Shown here piece after piece: positions 32,503 to 41,061 of a stretch of DNA of 64,000 nucleotides. A program made the position numbers and the translations under genes. The DNA is from an uncultured Planctomycetaceae bacterium (GTDB taxonomy: Bacteria; Planctomycetota; Planctomycetia; Pirellulales; PALSA-1355), in contig CAWCAX010000004.1 in the NCBI GenBank assembly GCA_963793635.1, positions 1,276,004 to 1,340,003 of the forward strand, given 5' to 3'. Positions within the stretch are counted from its first letter, which is position 1. The number at the start of each line of letters is the position of its first letter. The notes under the pieces are model-generated. The model was not told the origin of the DNA, did not search any database, and saw only the letters and a program-made list of their open reading frames with translations.

Positions 32503-32664
32503 CTTACCCGCAACTTCCCTCCGCTGCCCTCCAAAGCCCGACAAAAACGGGCTCGGAGCGGCAAGAGGGTTCGCCGCAAGAACAGCCAGCCGGAGGGAAG
32601 GCGAGGGAAGCGGAAAGAGCCTGCGGGAGCCTTCGCGGTACTGCGGCAGGTACTGCAAGACCTG

Positions 32665-32892
32665 TCAAGAGCCGCCCCCGAGCCGCGCCTCCAAGCCTGC
32701 CCGCAGAGCGTCCGGACTCGGGCTCGCGTAGAACTTCTCGGTGGTGGCCACCGTGCTATGGCCCAGAAAGTTGCGGACCGTCAGCGTCGGCGTGCCCGCG
32801 TTAATCATCGACGAGCCGGTCGACGATCGACAGTCCTTCAACCGGAAACTGACCTTAGCCAGCGTCTGGATCGCGGCCCAGTCCTCGTACAT
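32665..32892 (-). pseudogene. Integrase C-terminal remnant in inverted orientation.
   Basis: FRLKDCRSSTGSSMINAGTPTLTVRNFLGHSTVATTEKFYA. The frame stays open upstream (RAARTTNLRAAIRDQ...), but no complete N-terminal domain is present. Confidence 0.55.
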
Positions 32893-33330
32893 CCTACGGA
32901 TGTCGACACCCAGTTGTAGACATTGTTGATCGCGTATCGCCGCCCGAAGATTGGTAGTTCTCGCGGCTCGGGAGAACGAGTGCCGAGAAACGAACCATTT
33001 CCGAGACCGAGTTAGAAATCCTACCCGACGGCCAACCCTGCCTAATGTCGGCTATTGATTGCTTTCGGCGCTGATTCTCAGCTCAGGAGCGGAGTTAGCA
33101 AGTGCCATTGCATGCTCGCGCACCGCTCAGTCCCGCAAATGCAATCCCAACGAGGGGATTCTCACGGCACAACCTTTGCTTGTTCTACGGGTCGCATGAT
33201 TTGATGGCGGAAAACCCACAGATAGTCAGTTTGGGTTGACTGTTGGCCCATCACCTTGGCCGCTACGGATTCAGATTGGGGCATGCCGCTCCATGCCGAA
33301 GCGGGCCATTTTCTTTAGGAGAACATTCAC

Positions 33331-33552
33331 ATGGCGATTCAAATGGCGGAAAAAAAGAAGCACGCTGCAAGCGAGCACCATCATGCTGCCGCTGCACACC
33401 ATACGGCAGCCGCGCATCATCATCTTGAAGCGGCACACCATCACGAGATTGGTGAGCATGAAGAGGCGAAAGTACATGCTGCGTCGGCGCAAGAGCATTG
33501 CGACCACGCCGACAAGCACACAAAGACCGCCCATCAGCATTCGCAAAAGTAG
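33331..33552 (+). CDS. Small histidine-rich protein (19 His in 73 aa).
   Basis: AGGAGA lies 8 nt upstream of the ATG. Sequence EHHHAAAAHHTAAAHHHLEAAHHHEIGEH. The local DNA is visibly less GC-rich. Confidence 0.6.
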   Translation: MAIQMAEKKKHAASEHHHAAAAHHTAAAHHHLEAAHHHEIGEHEEAKVHAASAQEHCDHADKHTKTAHQHSQK

Positions 33553-33618
33553 CTGCGTCTGCTCACGATAAGCGGTATTTGCGTCGGGTCCTGATTTAAC
33601 CAAAGGAAGCGGAAGACC

Positions 33619-33714
33619 ATGGATACTCAACTAATCATCTTGATCGTTGTACTGTTCCTGCTATTTGGCGGAGGTGGCGGATACTATTGGAGCCGCGGCC
33701 GCGGGCGCGGGTGA
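33619..33714 (+). CDS. 31-aa DUF3309-like small membrane protein. It is not in the ORF track because it is under 60 aa.
   Basis: MDTQLIILIVVLFLLFGGGGGYYWSRGRGRG, a single TM followed by a Gly run and a basic tail. Confidence 0.45.
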   Translation: MDTQLIILIVVLFLLFGGGGGYYWSRGRGRG

Positions 33715-33860
33715 GGCAGTCAAGCGTCGAGACTTGGCAGGATGTCCACCAAGGAGCCCAGTCAGCCTAGGCCGAAATGGCAATAGTCTGTAAGGACGCG
33801 TCGCGCCAGTTTTAGTGGATAGGCTTTACGAGAACAATCTCTAGAAAAGGTGTCGCCATC

Positions 33861-34040
33861 ATGGGTGGCAAGACAGACGAGGTGAAAGGCAGAATCAAGG
33901 AAGCTGCCGGCGTATTGACCGGCAACGAAAAACTTCGCGCAGCGGGTAAGACTGACCAGGCAGTCGGCGAGGTCAAGCAAGTCGCAGAGAGGGTCGTTGA
34001 CAACGTCAAGAAAGCCGTCCAGAAGACCGTCGACGGCTAA
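33861..34040 (+). CDS. CsbD-family stress protein (59 aa, not in the ORF track).
   Basis: MGGKTDEVKGRIKEAAGVLTGNEKLRAAGKTDQAVGEVKQ matches the CsbD pattern KGK.KE..G..TG...L..EGK.DQ..G. Confidence 0.7.
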   Translation: MGGKTDEVKGRIKEAAGVLTGNEKLRAAGKTDQAVGEVKQVAERVVDNVKKAVQKTVDG

Positions 34041-34332
34041 GAAGGACCAAGGGGCCGACGAGCGAGATTGTCCGCACGCAGACTAAGCAGGCCGATAAGC
34101 ATTCCGACAAACTCGTGCGAACATGTGTCGTCGACTCCCGGTTTGCCCCGATGAACGCAATCAAGGCCGTCCGGTGCCCAATCAGCGCTTGGCGGTCATT
34201 TTTCTTGCGTTCGTTGCGTCGTCGCACCGGCACACAACGGGTTGCGTAGCTGCACTTCGCAATTCGGAGAAGCGAAAGGGTTGCCCGCCGGTCAAACGGT
34301 TACAAGGCCACGCATTTTTGGAAGGTTCTCAC

Positions 34333-34542
34333 ATGAGCAAGAAACTACTAAACCGGGGCTCGCGGTTCGCGGTACTGCTGCTCGGGGCGGTCGCGGTCTT
34401 TGCCGGCTGCGAAGCCAAGGGGCCTGCCCAGCGTGCGGGCGAGAATGTCGATAAAGGCGTCCAGAACGCGAAGGACGCGATCAATCCTCCCGGCCCTGTG
34501 GAGAAGGCGGGGCGGAGCGTCGACAAGGCCCTCGACCGCTGA
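34333..34542 (+). CDS. Small lipoprotein.
   Basis: MSKKLLNRGSRFAVLLLGAVAVFAGC carries a lipobox. It is an internal ATG of ORF 34123..34542. Confidence 0.55.
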   Translation: MSKKLLNRGSRFAVLLLGAVAVFAGCEAKGPAQRAGENVDKGVQNAKDAINPPGPVEKAGRSVDKALDR

Positions 34543-34743
34543 GGCATGTCTTGTTGCTGCGGGTGCTATAGATCATTCTTGGCAAGTACGCGGCATTCGG
34601 TGGAACGGTGTGATCTGAAACTGTTTCTTAAGAATTCGTCCGCGTTGCTGCACTCCCGAAAAACCACCCGTTTGCGTGACCGAGTCCATATCCAATAGCT
34701 CCAGTCATCAGTTCTCCCAACTTACCTAGCTCGAAACGGCGAG

Positions 34744-35121
34744 CTAATCAGCCGTTTTAGGTTCGCCCGCCAACTCGCAAATCCGCTCAACGAGCTTGTC
34801 GAAACCGATCGTCCCTTTGACAAGAAAGTCTACCGCGCCCAGCCGCTTGGCTTCGGTCATAGTTTTGTGCTGGATATCTGTCGAATACATCACGACCGGC
34901 ACGTCTTTCAGTTCTGTGTGCTCCTTGATCGATTTCAGAACAGTTAGACCGTCCATTTCGGGCATGTTGACGTCGAGCACCACCAGCGCCGGCTTGCGGA
35001 TGTGGAGCATCGCCAACGCCTCGGCGCCGCCCGTGACGGAAACGGCTTCGTGACCGGCGTAGCGGAGAAGGCGTTCGAGGCCGGTGCCGATGTCTTTCTG
35101 GTCGTCGACAATCAGGATCAT
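34744..35121 (-). CDS. Single-domain CheY-like response regulator.
   Basis: MILIVDDQ ... LVVLDVNMPEMDG ... PVVMYST ... FLVKG. Confidence 0.85.
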   Translation of the reverse strand: MILIVDDQKDIGTGLERLLRYAGHEAVSVTGGAEALAMLHIRKPALVVLDVNMPEMDGLTVLKSIKEHTELKDVPVVMYSTDIQHKTMTEAKRLGAVDFLVKGTIGFDKLVERICELAGEPKTAD

Positions 35122-35127
35122 GTTCTT

Positions 35128-36310
35128 TCACATGCTCTCGATGTGTTCCGCATCTAATATAGGCTGCCCGACTCTCGGCGCGGCTTCGCGCGGCAGATCA
35201 ATAGTGAACAAGGTGCCCTCTGCCGCAGTGGAAGTCACATCGATTCGTCCGCCGTGCGACTTGGCAACTTCGCGGGCGATGTAGAGCCCCATGCCGATGC
35301 TGCCGGGGCGATTTTTCGTCGGATGTTCCGCGCTGGAGCCGCGAATCAGCGGGTCAAAGATTTTCGGCAACTCGCCCGGTGGAATGGGCTCGCCGCCGTT
35401 GTGAACGTCGATGAAGACGTTCGACGTTTCGCCACGGAGTGAAAGCGTGACCGGGAAATCCGCCGAGCCGTGTTGAATGGCGTTGCCCAGGAGGTTGGAG
35501 ATGGCCTGGCGGATGCGGTCGGAATCCCACAGGCCGTTCAAGTCGCCATGCGTGCGATATTGAATGTCCCGCTTGGGGTGACCGGTGCGGAATTCTTCGA
35601 ACAGTTCTCCTGCGAGGCTTCCGAGGTCTAATGGCGCGGGTTTGACGGGCATCCCTGCGCCGAGCCGAGTGCGGGTATAGTCGAGAAGGTCAGCGATCAT
35701 GCGTTCCATGACCGACACGTTGCGGGTGATCTGGTGGCTACAGGCAATGGCCTCGGCGGGATCTTTGCAGACGAGCGGCACCATGTGCGCCGTCATGCCG
35801 ATGGAGTTGAGCGGATTGCGCAAATCGTGACTGAGGATGGCCAGGAACATGTCCCGCGCCTGATCAACGCGCCTGGTGTAACTGGCAACGGCTTTCGCGA
35901 TAGACTGGTCGATCGATTCATTGAAGCGAGTGAGGTCATCGACATCGCGCTCGTCGGCACCAGGCGAACTGATCGTGCCAAAGTCGAAGCACGCTAGCGC
36001 GCAGGGCGCGGTATTCGCTCATCACCTCCAGCAAGTCAAACCCCAGGCCCAGGCGATCGACAGCGTGCGATTTGGAGGCTCCGTCGAGGGCGTCATTTTC
36101 GTGGTGATCCAGTCCCTTGGATTTCTTCACCCGCTCTGCGGCGGTTTGAGGCGACTTCATGTCCCGCGCGGTGGCTTTCAGGATTTGCCCGGCGTGGTCG
36201 CGCAGCGCGAGTTGGTCCAGATGTTCACCCGCGCCGATGCTCCGCGCGAAGGTTTCCCACTCGGCCAGGATAGGCTCGACGTTTGACAGGATAAAGTCAG
36301 CAAGACGCAT
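35128..36310 (-). pseudogene. Sensor histidine kinase (RsbRD-N-like sensor + HisKA + HATPase). One frameshift as sequenced.
   Basis: N-terminal ORF 35936..36310 reads ILAEWETFARS...LRDHAGQILKA...EYRALRASVLRLW. C-terminal ORF 35128..35850 reads FLAILSHDLRNPLNSI ... GNAIQHG ... GMGLYIAREV. The linker SSPGADERDVDDLTRFNESIDQSIAKAV is readable upstream of Met35850. The join is near 35965-35980. Confidence 0.75.
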
Positions 36311-36654
36311 CTGTAACTCTGGGACAGTTTGATTTTGTGTCGACAGGGCCGATCCGCCTCATTTGAGGAACGCCAATGTATTGTAGGTCGCGCGGACAAT
36401 ACTTAACAGGCACATTTGCAGAGGACGGCACCCCCTGAACACGAACGACAGAGAGACGCACGTCTTCCAACCCGCAGTGCGCTACGTTCTACGTTTTGAG
36501 CCTTGCCCCGAAAAACGACCCCGCTCTTAAGACAGCATCACGTGCCGGGAACTAAATCGCATTTGATGGAGCGGCTCGGTGCAGACCAGCCGCTCTCGCG
36601 AGACTAGAATTATGATGTCATTCGTCCCAAATAAGCGATCTGCGGAAGTCTCGC

Positions 36655-37069
36655 ATGAACCTGAAGTGGCTCGAATCGTTCTCGTCATCGGCCACTCGCT
36701 TCGTGAGTAGCAGCTGGGGGATGCTGTCAGGAGTTTTGGTCTTCGTCTATTGGCTGGTCGCTGGTCCGCTGATCGACTGGGGCAACGCTTGGTTCTATTT
36801 TGACGCAGTCGCCTCGGCCGCGGCGTTCTTTCTGCTGTTTTTGCTGCAACGATCGCAGACCAAAAGACAGCATGGCGCTTCATCTTAAAATCAATGAACT
36901 GCTCGCAGCTTTGAACAAAGCAAGTCCCGTTCTCATCAATGTCGAAGATCTCGGTGAAGATGAGCTTATGCAAATGCATGACGACTTTCAGGAGCTACAG
37001 AAAAACGACACAGCCTCGCATTCAATCGAAGAAGTCACTAAGCCGCCGGTTGAGTCCAAGAATCCTTGA
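36655..37069 (+). pseudogene. Low-affinity iron permease family protein, frameshifted at an AAAA run.
   Basis: WGMLSGVLVFVYWLVAGPL...AAFFLLFLLQRSQTK in one frame, then DSMALHLKINELLAALNKA...DLGEDELMQM in the next. The junction is the homopolymer 36862-36865. Confidence 0.6.
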
Positions 37070-37117
37070 TTCCCCGCCGATGGCCAGCTTGGTGCTTCAG
37101 AGCAAGACCGGCTCTAG

Positions 37118-37293
37118 TATACGTTCAAGGATTGTCGGTCCACTTGGCCACGCAGATTGTCGCATTGGGGGAGCCAACACTGGTCGTGAAGGACTGGCTT
37201 GGCCATGCATCCGTGACGACGCTGGAACGGCTTTATGCTCGCACGGAGGGGGCTTGTCGGGATGTTGCCGGTCGGCGGAAGGTGGTGGGCTGA
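37118..37293 (+). pseudogene. Integrase C-terminal remnant (copy C), internally frameshifted.
   Basis: YTFKDCRST in one frame, then ATQIVALGEPTLVVKDWLGHASVTTLERLYARTEG...RRKVVG* in ORF 37066..37293. Confidence 0.55.
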
Positions 37294-37385
37294 GTCTCAG
37301 GCGGTCTCACGAAGTCTTCCGCCGTGATGCAACCGGAGGTACAACAGCGGGCGATGAGTCGGGCACCGCCGGAATTTTCGGCGGT

Positions 37386-37435
37386 CTTAGGATCCAATGG
37401 GGCAACCCGTCCGGGTTCGACTCCCGGCTCTCGCA
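37386..37435 (+). repeat. attR-like direct repeat of the tRNA-Leu 3' half.
   Basis: It is 50 nt long and identical to 18450..18499 except for one position (CCAATGG versus CCAGTGG). The two sequences diverge immediately after CTCTCGCA. Confidence 0.85.
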
Positions 37436-37671
37436 CTCCACGTCTCAAGCGGTCTCGAAAGGGCTCAGAACCCCGAAACGCGAGCTTCCGGAGCCCTTTG
37501 CGCTCCAAGCCTTCCCCAGCCCCCTGAGTCTGACGGAGTCTCTCGAAAGCCCATCCGGCATCTCGCCGTGGTGCAACCGGTGGTGCAACGGCACCAGACC
37601 ATTCAAGTGGGCTCGAATGGCGGAAAATCGATATTGACGAGGTGCCACGTAACGAACGAGAGATTTGCTCG

Positions 37672-38715
37672 CTAGGTCGTCAGGGCTGGCGCTGTACTGC
37701 AAGGATCGCTCCCGCTACAGGTCCGATTGCGGCCGCTGACTTTGGCTCGATACAGGGCGGCGTCAGCCCGAGCGATCAGGGCTGCGCGATCCAGCGTACT
37801 GTCAATCATCGTGGCAGTGCCGATGCTAACGGTGACGGGCCGTAGGTCCCACGGTCCCGTTTCCACGGCCCGACGCACGCGCTCCGCAACTCCCGCGGCG
37901 CCTTCGTATCCGCAGTCGGGCAGTATGACTGTAAACTCTTCGCCGCCATAGCGCGCGACCAGTGCGTCGGAGCGGTTTGCGCCGACGAGAATCCGGGCGA
38001 CTTGCTTTAACGCTTCATCACCCGCAAGGTGCCCGAATTGATCGTTGAATTGCTTAAAATGGTCAACATCTATCAACAACATTGAAAGCGGGGAGCCGTT
38101 TCGCGTGGAGCGGGCGTACTCTCGTTCGAGCGCTTCCTGAAACCCACGCTGATTGGTCACACCGGTCAGACCGTCGGTCATTGCCAGCGACTCTAGCCGC
38201 GCGTTTGCGTCCGCCAAATCGGAGTTACGGCGTGCCACTATGCGCTGAGTGTTGACCAGCTCATTATTTAAGCGAGTGAATTCGTCCAGCATCGCTTGTT
38301 CGCGCTGACGGTACGCTGCCGCCTCAATCTGTTCCTTTTTTAACGTCATCCTTAGCGCGTTCAGTTGTTCGTTCTGGATCTTCATCATCTCGTCGAAACA
38401 CTTGTTCAAACCCTCGCGGGACGGGGAGCCGCAGATAATGATGCCTTCGTCCGTGACTCCTCCGGTGAGTACCAGGCCCATCAATTGGCCATCGCGGTGC
38501 ATGTTCAATTCCCAGCCGAACGTGGCACGCGATTCGATGGCCGCCTGCAGAAAGTTCTGAGCCTTCTCTCGGCTCTGTTGATCTACGATTCCGAAGAGCG
38601 TCGATGATGAGCCATTTCCTGCGACGATTCCTAGATCGTCTCGGATGACCCGTAGGATCCCGCCGGACGCATCGCATTGCAGTACGATGCCGGACTCGCC
38701 GTCCTGGGCATTCAT
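37672..38715 (-). CDS. Diguanylate cyclase (N-terminal sensory domain, coiled coil, GGDEF).
   Basis: DGLTGVTNQRGF, LLIDVDHFKQFND, RYGGEEFTVIL, YRAKVSGRN. ATG 38715 overlaps the upstream stop (ATGA). The ORF-track start at 39171 is an Arg-rich overextension. Confidence 0.85.
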   Translation of the reverse strand: MNAQDGESGIVLQCDASGGILRVIRDDLGIVAGNGSSSTLFGIVDQQSREKAQNFLQAAIESRATFGWELNMHRDGQLMGLVLTGGVTDEGIIICGSPSREGLNKCFDEMMKIQNEQLNALRMTLKKEQIEAAAYRQREQAMLDEFTRLNNELVNTQRIVARRNSDLADANARLESLAMTDGLTGVTNQRGFQEALEREYARSTRNGSPLSMLLIDVDHFKQFNDQFGHLAGDEALKQVARILVGANRSDALVARYGGEEFTVILPDCGYEGAAGVAERVRRAVETGPWDLRPVTVSIGTATMIDSTLDRAALIARADAALYRAKVSGRNRTCSGSDPCSTAPALTT

Positions 38716-39785
38716 AATACAGCCTCTTGGAGCAGGAGTTGTTCGGCAAGGTCGACCGTTCGTATGGCGTCGGGCGCATATCCATCCGCCCCGACTGCAC
38801 GCCATAGATCGGCCGCCACATTGAACGGATGGCCGCCCACGAGGATGATCAGCTCCCCGCAGGCAGGGTTCAGCCGTACTGCCGCAATCAATTCGGCGAC
38901 TGACCTCACGTGAGTCAGCAGCGTCGCCGACACAGCAAGAACGTGAGCTTGACGGTCGATCACAGTTTGCACGATGCTGGCACACGGGACGTCGGCCCCA
39001 AGATAAAATGAATCCCAGCCGGCCATTTCGAAGAGATCGGCAACCATGCGGATTCCGATTTCGTGCAGGTCGCCGCCGGCGCAAGCCGCCACGATTCGCC
39101 GGTTCTTGCGCTCCGCTTTGAAGATGAGCGGATAGAATTGCGACATAATGAGCTGGGTGGCAGCCGTGCAAAGATGCTCTTGAGCCACGCTAATCTGATT
39201 GGACTGCCACAGTCGGCCGATCTCGTATTGCGACCGTTGGAAGACGTGCAAATAGAGGTCTCGAACCGAAGTGCCTCGCTCAACCGCGTCCATCACCAGC
39301 TGGGTAGCTTCGCGACGGTCTGCCCTTAATAGAGCGTCCAGGTATCGTCGGGCCAGGTCAGCCAGCGGTCGATCTGCGCTCATATAGCTAGGCGCAGTAG
39401 TCGGTAGCGAGGGCAGCCAACTCAGGCTATCCTGAATATACGGTTCGGCGACAGCGGCTTGATCATGGGACAGGACTTCTGCGAGCGAGCGGCCGCACGC
39501 TTCCAGGTTCTCCGCTAGATCTTGAGCGGGAATCCCACGGGAGCTAAGTACGATTTTCGCCCAGGCCACGTAGTCCAAGAAGAGCGCAGATCGCCCCACG
39601 GCAATGGCCTGCGACAAAGCGTCCAGATGGCGCTTCGCGTCCGCAACACACCTGGAGCGGCCAGCATCACCATAGCGGGCGGCTAAATCGGGCCGCAGCG
39701 TGTAGTGCCAGGCAACCAGTTTCTCGGCCAACAAGTCTCGTTGACCAACGATCGCCTGGCAGGTTTTCAAATTCTCGGACTGCAT
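38712..39785 (-). CDS. Cobalamin-binding sensor protein: unknown helical N-domain, a B12-binding_2 cap and a Rossmann B12-binding domain.
   Basis: GRLW-QSNQISVAQ-EH is a Wx9EH motif (W193, E203, H204). GGDLHEIG is DxHxxG (H241). VSATL and ILVGGHPF follow. No DNA-binding domain was seen. Confidence 0.8.
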   Translation of the reverse strand: MQSENLKTCQAIVGQRDLLAEKLVAWHYTLRPDLAARYGDAGRSRCVADAKRHLDALSQAIAVGRSALFLDYVAWAKIVLSSRGIPAQDLAENLEACGRSLAEVLSHDQAAVAEPYIQDSLSWLPSLPTTAPSYMSADRPLADLARRYLDALLRADRREATQLVMDAVERGTSVRDLYLHVFQRSQYEIGRLWQSNQISVAQEHLCTAATQLIMSQFYPLIFKAERKNRRIVAACAGGDLHEIGIRMVADLFEMAGWDSFYLGADVPCASIVQTVIDRQAHVLAVSATLLTHVRSVAELIAAVRLNPACGELIILVGGHPFNVAADLWRAVGADGYAPDAIRTVDLAEQLLLQEAVL

Positions 39786-39798
39786 GGAGATCCGCCTG

Positions 39799-40257
39799 CT
39801 AGGAGCCTACATGCTCAAAGAAACGTATCGAGACGCTTTTGGGAACGAGCCGCAATCCTTTGGGAATGCCTTGATGAGATTCTTTGTAGAGATGGCTGTG
39901 ATGCCAGGCACGGTAACTTGGCTCGTCTTTCCAATAGGTGAATAGCCAAATCTCGTCAGGCGCATCGCACGGACTGAGAACTTCCATACGTAAGAAACCA
40001 GTCGCGTCATCGACTCGATGTGGCCGCATCTGAAAGGCTTGCTTGACTTGATCGCTCATGTGAGCGACGGTGAACCGACTTAGCGCCACAAAAGCGGCTG
40101 CGGCTGCATGCGGACAATGATCGCGAACGTCATGGTGGCCGGACGGGAGCTGGGAGCCAAGCAAAGGAGATGATGCGGTCGCCCGCCGCAGGTTCGTGCC
40201 GGAATCCGTCGTGGCACCATGGTTTTTGGCAGCATCGGCAATGGCACTGGAATTCAT
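39799..40257 (-). CDS. ABM-fold (antibiotic-biosynthesis-monooxygenase-like) protein with a 55-aa N-terminal extension.
   Basis: FVALSRFTVAHMSDQVKQAFQMRPHRVDDATGFLRMEVLSP...WLFTYWKDEPSYRAWHHS. GAGGGG lies about 8 nt upstream of the ATG. It ends 13 nt before the B12 gene. Confidence 0.65.
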   Translation of the reverse strand: MNSSAIADAAKNHGATTDSGTNLRRATASSPLLGSQLPSGHHDVRDHCPHAAAAAFVALSRFTVAHMSDQVKQAFQMRPHRVDDATGFLRMEVLSPCDAPDEIWLFTYWKDEPSYRAWHHSHLYKESHQGIPKGLRLVPKSVSIRFFEHVGS

Positions 40258-40599
40258 TTGTATGTCCCCTCGATTCCTTCACATGGGTGTTGAGCGTCCG
40301 CCCCTATCCTGGGTTCACTCGCAGTCGAGCAAATCGGGTAGCCACGGTAAGGGTAGGCCAGATACGGGTCCCCACACCATCGCGGGCATCGATCCGCCGC
40401 TGAACGTAAATCCTTTGTGCGGACAATAACGGTCGTAGCAATTACGCCCTGACCGAGAATGGGAATGAGATGCCTGCTCCCCAAAACTTGCTCCATGTCG
40501 GATGCCAGGGTTTTTGATTTCTTGCATTTTGAGCAGGAGAGCCTCTACCACCGAAGCTCTCCTGCTGCTTTGCGAACAGTGATCCCAGAGACCCCACCG

Positions 40600-41061
40600 C
40601 TACGGCCCCGCTTGGACCAGGTTGATTACGACATCGACGTTGCCGCGTATCGCTTTGGAATACGGACAGGTCTGGTCCGCGGCGTCCACTAGAGCCTGGG
40701 CGACCTCATGCTTCAAACCTGGCAGGTTGACGTTGAGGCGAGCTTGCAGAGAATAAGCGCCGTCGGTCAGACAAAGATCCACTTCCGCGTCGATCGCGAA
40801 GTCGGGCGGGAGAGCAATTTTCATCTTCCTGGCCGCAAGCCCCATCGCGCCCTCAAAGCATGCTGACCAACCGGCTGCGAACAGTTGCTCCGGGTTGGTG
40901 CCAGTGCCCGGAGTGCCGGGGACCGAATGCTTGATGTCCAGACGACCATCCGAACTGCGCGAGGCGCCGCCATCGCGGCCACCCGTGGTGTGCACTTTCG
41001 CGGTGTAGATGACTTTCTCCAGACCAGTTGTCGTGGCGGGCTTCGTTTCGAGGGTAGTCAT
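40600..41061 (-). CDS. ohr: Organic hydroperoxide resistance protein (OsmC/Ohr family).
   Basis: YTAKVHTTGGRDGGASRSSDGRLDIK...NPEQLFAAGWSACFEGAM...QTCPYSKAIRGNVDV, with both conserved Cys contexts. Confidence 0.85.
   Translation of the reverse strand: MTTLETKPATTTGLEKVIYTAKVHTTGGRDGGASRSSDGRLDIKHSVPGTPGTGTNPEQLFAAGWSACFEGAMGLAARKMKIALPPDFAIDAEVDLCLTDGAYSLQARLNVNLPGLKHEVAQALVDAADQTCPYSKAIRGNVDVVINLVQAGP

Larger units (their letters stand above)
18500..37435. mobile_element. Putative composite, decayed integrative island(s) at tRNA-Leu.
   Basis: The region is bounded by the intact tRNA and the 50-bp direct repeat. It contains an internal variant att at 32451 and at least five integrase remnants. 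Much of the cargo is ordinary lineage-typical content, so the extent is uncertain. Confidence 0.4.

Noticed and set aside
37330-37435. A possible second complete tRNA gene, or tmRNA-like gene, ending at 37435. The same question applies at 32400-32502.
   Set aside because: Only the anticodon-loop-to-3'-end half matches. The upstream sequence cannot form the acceptor 5' strand, D arm or anticodon 5' stem. It forms an unrelated 7-bp hairpin instead.
39799-40257. The ABM-fold protein considered as an IsdG/MhuD-type heme oxygenase supplying a bilin to the neighbouring sensor.
   Set aside because: The position of the catalytic Asn in IsdG/MhuD (xxNxI near the N-terminus of the fold) reads LSRFTV here. 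The assignment would be speculation, so only the ABM fold is claimed.
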